DNA from: an uncultured Bacteroidota bacterium
GTDB lineage: Bacteria; Bacteroidota; Bacteroidia; Chitinophagales; Chitinophagaceae
Assembly: GCA_903839875.1 (NCBI GenBank)
Contig: CAIMDZ010000051.1
Span: 9,586 to 73,585 of the forward strand
Length of the DNA: 64,000 bases
Direction: 5' to 3'
Below, piece after piece: positions 55,176 through 63,670 of the stretch. The number at the start of each line of letters is the position of its first letter. Position 1 is the first letter of the stretch. The translations under genes and the position numbers were made by a program. The notes beneath the pieces are model-generated. The model saw only the letters and a program-made list of their open reading frames with translations. It ran no database searches and had not been told where the DNA came from.

Positions 55176-58094
55176 ATGAGGTGGCTGGTATTTTTTATTG
55201 CTTTTATTTACGGGGCGCAGGCTGATGCACAATCTTTAGCGCCTCAACCGAATCCTCATGACGAAAAATACTTTTTTCTACAAATGCATTTTGGCAGTTC
55301 CCGGCTGGAAAGTATACGGGATACCCTTGAAAGAATTCGGCAAAGTGCCGAGACGAAAGGTGATGCCGAATTTGCTTTAAGTATCAAATTATTTTTGTTT
55401 GTAAAAGAGGATCACGAGCATGTTGTAAAAAACGACACCACAGAGTATCGCCTGTTAGAGCTGGCATCGGAGGCGAACACTAAAAAATTATCACGTCTCG
55501 AAGCGGATGTCCGGCAGGCACTTGGTGATTTTTACTACGGCAGTTACAGACAGCAACTCAGCGCAGCCATTGAACAGTATACTGCAGCCTACTCAATTTA
55601 TAAAACTTTTAGTCCTTCTGAATACCCTGACCTGCAGAAGAACTTGTACTCAATAGGCCTTGTGCTTTACAAGTACCAGGAATATGGGCAATCGATTGAG
55701 TACCTGCGCAAAGCGATCAATGTACCGCAGGCGGACAAGTACAAGTACTTTTTCCCAATAGCGAATGCAATCGGGCTGTCTTACAGGAGTTTGAAGCAGT
55801 ATGACAGCGCTATTCACTATTTCCAGGTTATTTGCGATACAGCTACACAGCGGAACGATGAAGGATGGATCGGTATTTCGAAAGGCAACATAGGTATAAC
55901 TTTTTTTCTCCAGAAAAAATATACGGAGGCTGAACCTTTACTCGAAAAGGACATTGAATTGAGCATTGCGAATTCAAGTATAAAAAATGCTGTTAGTTCT
56001 ATGGCCGTCCTGGCAAAAATATACCATGAGCAGCACAAGGATGATGAAGCACAGCAACTATTGTCAGAAGCATTAAGGAAGTGTTATGCAAAGTCATTTT
56101 TTGGTGATTATTCCCTTGCTGAACAATTGTATGAACAACTACATAAAGTATATGAAATTAAGGGACAGTACCGGCTGGCTGCATTATATGCCGATTCTGC
56201 CCTTATTGCAAAAGACTCAGCCACAAGCAGGTATAATGCTCTGGCACTATCCAGGTCTTACGAACGTCAGAATTTTATTAAGAGGAAGCTCGCCGAAGAG
56301 AAAGTTCAAAACCAGGCCGCGCTGGATCGGGCAGAACATGCAAAAACCGAATTGCATCAGCAACAATTGTTTTATAAATTCGCAATAGCATTCCTTGTTG
56401 TGGTATTACTGGTCGCCGGCGTCATTAACCGGTTTCGTGCCAACCTCAGACGGATATTTACCAACCTTAGCGATGCGCCTGATATCGTGGTACAAAAAAT
56501 GTCGGTGGTTATCATTTCGATTGCTACCTGTGCTGCCGCTGCTGTTTGGGCAGTTTTATACTATTCGTACTATGGGCCCCGCCCGGTAACCTTTGGCCCA
56601 ATAATATACCTGGTTGTCGTTGGCTCGTTGCTGTTCAATTATTTCCTGACTAAAAAGCAGCAATTGCTCATCAATCTTCAACTGGTTAGCATTTTTATTA
56701 TGCCGGTTGCGGTGGAACTGGCTGGTGGAGGTTTCCAGTCGGGTATTGTTATAGTCTGGTCATTCCTTGCACCAGTGGGTGCCCTGTTATATAAGGGAAT
56801 AAGACATGCTGCTTTCTGGATGATTTTGTTTGTGATTGCTGTTCTGTGCACGGTTATTTTTAAAAACAGTTTTTCATCATTCTATTTCCCAATTTCCGAA
56901 GCGGCAATGGCTATGTTTAACAGCATGAATATAGTAGGCACTGCAGTCATCATCTATTTCAGCATGCAGTATTTTGTGAAATCGATAATCCGCAATGAGC
57001 GCCTGCTGCAGGAAAAAAATCTTGTGTTGTCTGACACTATGGATGAACTGAACCTCGAAAAGCAAAAAGCTGAAAAAGCCTATTTTGTGCTTAAAGAAAC
57101 ACACGTAAAACTCGTGCAATCAGAGAAGATGGCCGCACTTGGACAATTGGCAGCGGGAATTGCGCATGAGGTAAATACGCCACTCGGGGCTATTCGTTCA
57201 TCTTCGGAGGTGGCAGCTCACTCGTTTAATGATATTATGGCTGATTTTGTGTGGTTTGCAAATACACTGGGTGAAAAAGACAAAGAACTTTTTGTACAGT
57301 TGGTAGCTGCTGCAAATCCAAATGATGAAACCTTATCGACAAAAGAGGAACGGGAATTGAAGAAAAAAATGCGGGCTCGGTTTTCTGAACTGGGAATAGT
57401 AAATACACACTTTATATCCGACAGGCTGGTGCAGGTGGGTATTTTTGAAGTTACTCCGGAATTGGAACAACTTGCGAACCACGAGCATTTTGGCAAAATG
57501 GTTCATTTCATTATCAATATCCTTAGCCAGAAGCGCAGTAACAAAACGATACAAATTGCAGTAGACAAAGCTTCGAGGATAGTCGGTGCGCTGAAAACAT
57601 ATGTTCACGCGACAAACGATGGATTAATGGAGCGGATAAGCGTGCGTGATAATATAGAAACAGTACTTACGATTTATCAAAACCGACTGAAGCAAGGTAT
57701 TAAAGTAATTAAAAACTATGAAGAAGTACCGGAAATTTCCGGTTACGCTGATCAGCTAAATCAGGTATGGACAAATCTGATAGTTAACGCAGTTCACGCG
57801 ATGGACGGAAAAGGAATTTTAACGATTGGTATAAACCAGAAAGGCGAAAGTGTTGTGGTAAGTATAAAAGACACAGGGATGGGCATTCCTGCATCTATAC
57901 GAGAAAAAATATTTGAACCATTCTTTACAACAAAAAGTACAGGAGAGGGAAGCGGGTTGGGACTTGATATCATCAGTCGGATACTGAAGGAACACTCGGC
58001 ACAAATTACTTTTGAAACTGCTGAAGGGGAAGGGACAACATTTTTTGTAGAACTGCCGATCACCTCACAAGATCAAAAAAATGAAGTAACATAA
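55176..58094 (+). CDS. TPR-domain + multi-TM sensor histidine kinase 3
   Basis: Signal peptide, TPR-like helices, a TM, then a TM bundle homologous to kinases 1/2 (GGFQSG-x-x-x-x-WS-x-LA), H-box GIAHEVNTPLGAI, HATPase boxes. Confidence 0.9.
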   Translation: MRWLVFFIAFIYGAQADAQSLAPQPNPHDEKYFFLQMHFGSSRLESIRDTLERIRQSAETKGDAEFALSIKLFLFVKEDHEHVVKNDTTEYRLLELASEANTKKLSRLEADVRQALGDFYYGSYRQQLSAAIEQYTAAYSIYKTFSPSEYPDLQKNLYSIGLVLYKYQEYGQSIEYLRKAINVPQADKYKYFFPIANAIGLSYRSLKQYDSAIHYFQVICDTATQRNDEGWIGISKGNIGITFFLQKKYTEAEPLLEKDIELSIANSSIKNAVSSMAVLAKIYHEQHKDDEAQQLLSEALRKCYAKSFFGDYSLAEQLYEQLHKVYEIKGQYRLAALYADSALIAKDSATSRYNALALSRSYERQNFIKRKLAEEKVQNQAALDRAEHAKTELHQQQLFYKFAIAFLVVVLLVAGVINRFRANLRRIFTNLSDAPDIVVQKMSVVIISIATCAAAAVWAVLYYSYYGPRPVTFGPIIYLVVVGSLLFNYFLTKKQQLLINLQLVSIFIMPVAVELAGGGFQSGIVIVWSFLAPVGALLYKGIRHAAFWMILFVIAVLCTVIFKNSFSSFYFPISEAAMAMFNSMNIVGTAVIIYFSMQYFVKSIIRNERLLQEKNLVLSDTMDELNLEKQKAEKAYFVLKETHVKLVQSEKMAALGQLAAGIAHEVNTPLGAIRSSSEVAAHSFNDIMADFVWFANTLGEKDKELFVQLVAAANPNDETLSTKEERELKKKMRARFSELGIVNTHFISDRLVQVGIFEVTPELEQLANHEHFGKMVHFIINILSQKRSNKTIQIAVDKASRIVGALKTYVHATNDGLMERISVRDNIETVLTIYQNRLKQGIKVIKNYEEVPEISGYADQLNQVWTNLIVNAVHAMDGKGILTIGINQKGESVVVSIKDTGMGIPASIREKIFEPFFTTKSTGEGSGLGLDIISRILKEHSAQITFETAEGEGTTFFVELPITSQDQKNEVT

Positions 58095-58099
58095 CTTTG
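58092..58099 (+). promoter_or_regulatory. Promoter -7 box upstream of cyclase 2
   Basis: TAACTTTG overlapping the kinase-3 stop codon, about 90 bp before ATG 58190. Confidence 0.45.
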
Positions 58100-58189
58100 C
58101 TGCCTACTGAATTTCGTATTGAAGAAGGGAATGTTGAGTGAACAGCAAAACGTATAAAAATATCGAAAAAATAATGTAATTATGTTGGC

Positions 58190-59317
58190 ATGAAAAACGG
58201 AGTTATTCTTTGCGTAGATGATGAGCGGGTTGTACTTACAGGGCTACAGGCACAGTTAGATCGTGACTTTGGCTCGAGCTATGTAATTGAATTGGCAGAG
58301 AGCGGAGAGGAAGCGCTTGAGCTGGTTGACGAATTACTGGAATCAGGCAATGACCTGCTGATGGTCATATCAGATCAAATGATGCCGGGCATCAAGGGCC
58401 ATGAAGTGCTCAGGCGTATCCATCTGGCTTCCCCCGGCACTTATACTGTTCTTCTTACCGGCCAGTCTGACCTCGAAGCGGTGATTGATGCTGTGAACGA
58501 AGCCAATCTCTACAGGTATATTTCTAAGCCGTGGCAAAGCCAGGATCTTGTACTTACCGTAAAAGAAGCCATAAAGGGATTTTACCAGGAGCGGCAACTG
58601 GCACAACAAAACCTGCTGCTGGAACGGCATAATAAAGAGTTGGAACAAACGGTGTCAGAACGAACGAAGGAGCTCAAGGAACAAATGACGAAGAGCGCAC
58701 AGCTGTTACTCAATATTCTGCCGGAAAAGGTAGCCGCGGAACTGAAAGACCGGGGCGAGGCGACCGCTAAACATTATGACAATGTGTCTGTACTCTTTAC
58801 GGACTTCCAGGGATTTACAAAGCTTGCATCCGAGATAACCCCGCAGGAACTGGTGCAAACCCTCAACGAGTGTTATACTGCATTTGATGATATAGCGGAC
58901 GCTCACAATCTTGAGAAAATCAAGACTATTGGCGACGCCTACATGTGTGCGGGTGGATTGCCCCTGGAAAATACATCAAACGCATTGGATGCCGTAGCCG
59001 CTGCCTGTGAAATACAACAATGGGTGGCCAATTGGAATGCTAAACGGGTAGCGGGCGGAATGATTAGCTGGGACCTGCGCATCGGGATACACACCGGTAA
59101 GCTGATTGCGGGGGTGATAGGCAAAACGAAGTTTGCGTACGACGTTTGGGGAGATGCTGTGAATATAGCATCGAGGATGGAGTCAAACGGAGCGCCAGGC
59201 AAAGTGAATATTTCTAAGGACACCTATGAGCTTGTGATGGAACAATTCAAGTGCACGTATCGCGGTAAGATAGAAGTGAAAGGCAAAGGGGAGATTGAGA
59301 TGTATTTTGTTGGATAG
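58190..59317 (+). CDS. Receiver domain - class III adenylate cyclase fusion 2
   Basis: Same architecture and catalytic motifs as 53963-55102. Confidence 0.93.
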   Translation: MKNGVILCVDDERVVLTGLQAQLDRDFGSSYVIELAESGEEALELVDELLESGNDLLMVISDQMMPGIKGHEVLRRIHLASPGTYTVLLTGQSDLEAVIDAVNEANLYRYISKPWQSQDLVLTVKEAIKGFYQERQLAQQNLLLERHNKELEQTVSERTKELKEQMTKSAQLLLNILPEKVAAELKDRGEATAKHYDNVSVLFTDFQGFTKLASEITPQELVQTLNECYTAFDDIADAHNLEKIKTIGDAYMCAGGLPLENTSNALDAVAAACEIQQWVANWNAKRVAGGMISWDLRIGIHTGKLIAGVIGKTKFAYDVWGDAVNIASRMESNGAPGKVNISKDTYELVMEQFKCTYRGKIEVKGKGEIEMYFVG

Positions 59318-59778
59318 GCACGACTGTGAGCATGGTGAATAGTCAAAATACGGAGTTATATCAGAGTAAAAGTTTAATTATATTTAATTATATAATGCAT
59401 TCGTGTCCTCGGCTGCTCTTACATTGCCTTGTATGTAATGGATACCTACCGATACTTGTCCTGCTGTGACTGATCAAGGCACTGATGCCGAAGTCATATC
59501 CCGCTTTCTTTATTCGCTCAGGTAATCCGGTCACCCGAAGCACTTCTGCATTTTTCATACTTCATAATATACAAATAAATGATCATAAACAGCTTGCCAC
59601 CAAAGAAACTTTTTATAATAGCCCAAAAACTGCACTATCATGGATTTTATATTTTGTAATTTAAAATGTCTTGTTTACATTAATATAGATTGTCGTTATC
59701 AAATATGATACATATTTGTAGAAACAGGCTATTACTACTTTCGAGATAATCCGGTTTTATTTAGTTGGATGTCGATCC

Positions 59779-59809
59779 GATTTGTCAACTTTTAAAAAGT
59801 TGACAAATC
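59779..59809. repeat. Perfect palindrome, same family as 35506-35536
   Basis: GATTTGTCAACTTTT-A-AAAAGTTGACAAATC. Confidence 0.8.
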
Positions 59810-59823
59810 TTGCCCGGCATTAC

Positions 59824-60075
59824 CTACTCCTCCATATCAATCTCAAACCCCTCGAAAAAATCTTTAGGCTGTATATGCAGCGCACGAGCTATTGAAAAGA
59901 AAAGATTTATTGTGAGTGCCTGGGTGCCTGCTTCTATTTGTTGTATTGTCCGTCTCCCTATACCTGCCTCGAATGCAAGCGCAGCCTGCGTGAGCCCTGC
60001 ATCTTTGCGCATATGCTTCAACAGCTTGCCAAACCTTTCTACTTCTTTTTGGTTTGTTTTCACCCGCCAACACAA
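59824..60075 (-). CDS. XRE-family HTH transcriptional regulator (paralog B)
   Basis: FGKLLKHMRKDAGLTQAALAFEAGIGRRTIQQIEAG. Start may be GTG 60063. Confidence 0.88.
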   Translation of the reverse strand: MCWRVKTNQKEVERFGKLLKHMRKDAGLTQAALAFEAGIGRRTIQQIEAGTQALTINLFFSIARALHIQPKDFFEGFEIDMEE

Positions 60076-60095
60076 TTGACATTATTAAATATACT

Positions 60096-60335
60096 CTACT
60101 CCTCCATTTCAATCTGAAACCCTTTAAAAAAAACTCCAGGCTGCACTTCCAGGGCGCGTAAAATAGAAAAGAAAAGGTCCATTGATACATTCATGTCACC
60201 GGCTTCTATTCGCTGAATAGTCCTGGTACTTATACCGGCTCCAAATGCAAGCGCTGCCTGTGTTAGCCCGGCTTCAATGCGGAGTTGTTTTAACCGCTCG
60301 TTAAATTTCCCTATTTCATCTGGATTTTTCACCAT
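60096..60335 (-). CDS. XRE-family HTH transcriptional regulator (paralog A)
   Basis: RLKQLRIEAGLTQAALAFGAGISTRTIQRIEAG. Confidence 0.88.
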   Translation of the reverse strand: MVKNPDEIGKFNERLKQLRIEAGLTQAALAFGAGISTRTIQRIEAGDMNVSMDLFFSILRALEVQPGVFFKGFQIEMEE

Positions 60336-60361
60336 TCAAAACTGGCAATATTTTAAAAAAT

Positions 60362-60385
60362 AAACACGACATAAATGTCATGTTT
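60362..60385. promoter_or_regulatory. Putative XRE operator palindrome
   Basis: AAACA-C-GACAT-AA-ATGTC-A-TGTTT in the divergent intergenic gap. Confidence 0.55.
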
Positions 60386-60426
60386 TGAAAAATATTTCTT
60401 TTCTTTGCACCTACATCCCCAACATC

Positions 60427-60657
60427 ATGAAAAACAAATCCACTCTCCCGAAGGAACTACAAAAAGAAACGGAGCGTTTTTTTGAGTCTGCGCAGCCGGT
60501 GCGGCTGAGCCGTAATCTGCGCACGCTGCTGCTCAATTATTTTGCTGTGCAACAGGATGGACATGGCTTTAAAGTGGAAGACCTGTTTTATGATCTTATC
60601 TGGTTGTTTGAATGGCTGGATGTGGCGGCGGACGAATTGCCGGCGGGCGGAAAGTGA
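60427..60657 (+). CDS. Small hypothetical helical protein divergent from the XRE pair
   Basis: 76 aa from ATG 60427 (track 60385): RLSRNLR-x-LLL-x-Y...DL-x-WLFEWLD. Confidence 0.65.
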   Translation: MKNKSTLPKELQKETERFFESAQPVRLSRNLRTLLLNYFAVQQDGHGFKVEDLFYDLIWLFEWLDVAADELPAGGK

Positions 60658-60701
60658 AGCTATTTCACAAATCTAAAAACTGTAATTTCCAACACCACAT
60701 T

Positions 60702-60804
60702 CAACCCGCTTTGGGGTTGGCGGCCACTATTCCTGTTCCGCCGGTTGCACCGGCGGCTATTCACATTCAAGTCCTCCGGACTTTCTTAAGTTAATGACAT
60801 TGCC
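60702..60804 (+). repeat. Three-hairpin REP/MITE-like element, copy 3 (diverged)
   Basis: CAACCC..GGGTTG, CCGCCGG-TTGCA-CCGGCGG-CTATTCAC, AGTCCTCCGGACT, CTTAAGTTAATGACATTGCC. Confidence 0.75.
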
Positions 60805-60812
60805 AGGCTATC

Positions 60813-61187
60813 CTAAATAACGACATTGCTCATACTGACCACATGCTTTGGACTGAGAACTAATTGTTCCTTTGCAATAATTAGATCCATATCCTGTCTC
60901 GGTATATTTCCCAACACGACTTCATCACCAAATACCAAGGCACCTGTAAAACAACTTCTGTTTTGGAAAGATACTTTTAGCGGGCCTGCATATGGCACCT
61001 TTATCGCTGAACCATTTGAGCTTATTACTTTGCGCTCCTCTACCTGTTTTAACTGAAGTCGCCTCGCTAAATTTTCCGGTATGCACAGATTCATGACGCT
61101 GGAATCAACTAATGCAGCTGCCCTGTACGCCTGCATTTCAGGCATCAATGCATTTGAAAGTTCTATTTCGCCACGGACAATCATCAA
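60813..61187 (-). CDS. Clan AA (retropepsin-like) aspartic protease homolog
   Basis: ALVDSS-x-x-x-LCIPE-x-LA...VPYAGP-x-x-V-x-F-x-NR-x-CFTGALV-x-GDEV-x-LG-x-IP-x-x-DMDL. Confidence 0.78.
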   Translation of the reverse strand: MMIVRGEIELSNALMPEMQAYRAAALVDSSVMNLCIPENLARRLQLKQVEERKVISSNGSAIKVPYAGPLKVSFQNRSCFTGALVFGDEVVLGNIPRQDMDLIIAKEQLVLSPKHVVSMSNVVI

Positions 61188-61194
61188 CCCGAAT

Positions 61195-63171
61195 TTACAA
61201 CTTCACCAACTTATAAGTAGCCACCGTCCCATCGCTATTTGTAACAGTTAGCATGTACAACCCTTTTGCAAGATTTTCTGCCGGAATCAGTGAACTGATT
61301 TTCGGGTTGTTGCCTGTCCACAATACCCTGCCTGCAACATCGGTAAGTGTAAGCGTACTGTTTGCTGGTACTCCTTCCACTGTCCAGTTTTCGTTTGTGG
61401 GGTTGGGATATATCTTTACAGGGAGCGGAAGCAGTTCTTTAACGCCGGATGTTATCGTTGTGTCGTACGTTACTAAATTCAGTTTGTAGAGTAACCAGTG
61501 ATCAGGATCTAACCGGGCGGAGTTCATGGTTTTTGACCAGCTAAAATGGTATAGCTGCCCCGGCATGTTATTCATTACCCGTATCACGGTATCACCCCCG
61601 GCAGAATGCAGCAGGATATCTATAGGTGTGGTAAAAAACGGCACTGATACAGGCACCGGTGTTGTCTGGTCCAGGCGTAAGGCGATATCGCTGCCTGTCT
61701 GGTTCCAGTGAATGGAATAGACCGGGAAACCCTGCCCGTAGGCCCACTGACTAAAAAATGTATCAAGGCTCATGCCATTTACTATTGATCCGGCAATGCT
61801 TTTTGCCGAACTTTTAAAATCATTGATGGTGGCCGTGCTGTTCCTGAAACTCTGCTGGAAGGTCTGGTAAATATGGAAGAACATACTGTCGTTGCTGATC
61901 ACATAGCGCATCATATGCAGCATGCATGCGCCTTTATGATAGGATAGCCGGCTGTCGAATATCCTGTTTTCGCTGGTAGTATCATCGCAAAAAACGCTAC
62001 CAGTGTCCACGGATAATACGTCGGTCTGCTTTGAAACCATATCATCAATAAAAAGGGCGTGGCTGCGGAAATGGTCTATAAAAATATCTTCGGTATAGCT
62101 TGCCAGACCTTCGTTCATAAAAATATCGGCCCATGTGCCGCAGGTAACATTATCGCCAAACCACTGGTGGCCCAGTTCGTGGGCTACAACGGAGCCTTCA
62201 AAATATCCCAGGGTGGTCATGGTCTGGTGTTCCATACCACCGCCAAGCGGCGCCATGCAATGGCCATATTTTTCCTGCCAGAACGGATACCTGCCATACA
62301 GGATGGAGAGGTAATCTACCATCATGCCGGTGCTGTCTATCACACTTTTAAAATAAGGCAGTGTCAGCGGATTAGGATAAACATAATTCTGCACCAGCAT
62401 AGAGTCGGTGCTGCCCGTGAAATGCATGTAATAAGAATAATCAATGTAAGGTGCAATTGCCAGCGAGATGAGGTAATAATCAATCGGGAAACGTTCTTTC
62501 CACTCATACCTCAGGTGTGTGGAATCCGTCCGGGTCACCGCACTCAGCACGCCATTACTTCCTGCTTTCATAGAGTCGGGAACGGTGATCCACATATCTA
62601 CAGAGTCTATTTTGTCGTGCAGTGATTGTTTGCACGGCCACCATTCCAGGGCATGGTATGATTCACTTAGTGTAAAGGTTGCTTTCGTGCCCCATGATGG
62701 TGATACGAGATTATTTATACCGCTGGCGCCGGTAAAGATAGTGCCGGTTAAGGAGGGTGTGCCATGATACTTAACCTGCACTGTGAACATGGTATTTACC
62801 GGCAATGGCGCAGCCAGAGAGACAGTATGCAAATTGCCTGTTGAAACAACGGGACGCATAACACCATTTACTAAAACAGTATCTATGACCAATGCTGAAT
62901 CCAATTCAAAAACATAGATGCCGAAGGATGGTATCACTGTTTCAGCAGTTGTGGTTACGTCACCTTTGATGTAAACAGACTGGTTGGTAAGCGCCATGTT
63001 AAACTTCAGGTATTTGACATCATAATTCTCTTCAGCGGGGTCGGCAACGGTAACTTTAGCCGAAGATCTGGTTTTAGCCGAAGCGCATTGAAATTTTTGG
63101 GTAACTTCCTGTGCATTAGATAAAAGACTGATTGTGAGCAAAATAGCAACACCCGCAACGGTAAATTTCAT
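61195..63171 (-). CDS. M1 family metalloaminopeptidase with T9SS type A sorting domain
   Basis: GGMEHQT, HELGHQWFG...NEG (HExxH-18x-E), C-terminal IYPNP...KGLYML...YKLVKL. The signal peptide implies start 63171 (track 63291). Confidence 0.93.
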   Translation of the reverse strand: MKFTVAGVAILLTISLLSNAQEVTQKFQCASAKTRSSAKVTVADPAEENYDVKYLKFNMALTNQSVYIKGDVTTTAETVIPSFGIYVFELDSALVIDTVLVNGVMRPVVSTGNLHTVSLAAPLPVNTMFTVQVKYHGTPSLTGTIFTGASGINNLVSPSWGTKATFTLSESYHALEWWPCKQSLHDKIDSVDMWITVPDSMKAGSNGVLSAVTRTDSTHLRYEWKERFPIDYYLISLAIAPYIDYSYYMHFTGSTDSMLVQNYVYPNPLTLPYFKSVIDSTGMMVDYLSILYGRYPFWQEKYGHCMAPLGGGMEHQTMTTLGYFEGSVVAHELGHQWFGDNVTCGTWADIFMNEGLASYTEDIFIDHFRSHALFIDDMVSKQTDVLSVDTGSVFCDDTTSENRIFDSRLSYHKGACMLHMMRYVISNDSMFFHIYQTFQQSFRNSTATINDFKSSAKSIAGSIVNGMSLDTFFSQWAYGQGFPVYSIHWNQTGSDIALRLDQTTPVPVSVPFFTTPIDILLHSAGGDTVIRVMNNMPGQLYHFSWSKTMNSARLDPDHWLLYKLNLVTYDTTITSGVKELLPLPVKIYPNPTNENWTVEGVPANSTLTLTDVAGRVLWTGNNPKISSLIPAENLAKGLYMLTVTNSDGTVATYKLVKL

Positions 63172-63197
63172 CCGAGAATATTTGTCTTTCCAATTGC

Positions 63198-63215
63198 TCC
63201 CGATAGCTATCGGGA
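63198..63215. repeat. Palindromic REP-like repeat TCCCGATAGCTATCGGGA
   Basis: Fourth copy, in the 5' region of the aminopeptidase gene. Confidence 0.9.
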
Positions 63216-63386
63216 GAACTCCCGTCAACATCATTAACTTTTCAACAGCGGGATTTTCATTCATCTGTGTGCAAATTTTCAGATTTAGCATGGTCGTTTC
63301 ATGTTATTTTATTTATTGGGTAAAGCTAAGATTTTTTTGAGCGTTCGACGGGTATATGCTAATTTTACATCAATTTACAAACGCAC

Positions 63387-63650
63387 ATGAAACCAGGAAT
63401 ACAGAAACGGTTTGCATTTATTGGTAAATCATTGTTATGGTCCATCCTGCTTTACGCGGTGTTTATGCTTGTTATTAACTGGGATGAGGTGAACAATACC
63501 GTGCATGGCAGAACCACGACCACTATCATAAATGTTTCACCTACGGGAGAAAAGCAGATTACGGATACTCATTCCAATACTCACGGGAATGGTGGCGTGA
63601 TGAAAAATATTGTTTCGGTATTGCGGACAATCAGTGGATTTGCCAGGTAG
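63387..63650 (+). CDS. Small hypothetical membrane protein
   Basis: One TM helix (LLWSILLYAVFMLVINW). ATG preceded by an AT-rich region. Confidence 0.65.
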   Translation: MKPGIQKRFAFIGKSLLWSILLYAVFMLVINWDEVNNTVHGRTTTTIINVSPTGEKQITDTHSNTHGNGGVMKNIVSVLRTISGFAR

Positions 63651-63670
63651 GTATCCGGCAGTGTAAATGG

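Noticed and set aside
53963-59317. Cyclases as an anti-phage Pycsar/CBASS-type system
   Set aside because: They carry purine (ATP)-selecting Lys/Asp residues, are fused to receivers within a kinase cluster, and have no adjacent TIR, TM or nuclease effector.
59388-59558. 56-codon minus-strand ORF downstream of cyclase 2
   Set aside because: No motif, signal or hydrophobic segment, and its length is compatible with chance.
38441-63215. Repeated 18-bp palindrome as a possible CRISPR repeat
   Set aside because: Copies are kilobases apart and separated by genes. There are no regular spacers and no cas genes.
63172-63291. 40-aa N-terminal extension of the M1 aminopeptidase containing the palindromic repeat
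   Set aside because: The signal peptide begins at Met 63171, so the repeat is most simply in the 5' UTR rather than in the protein.
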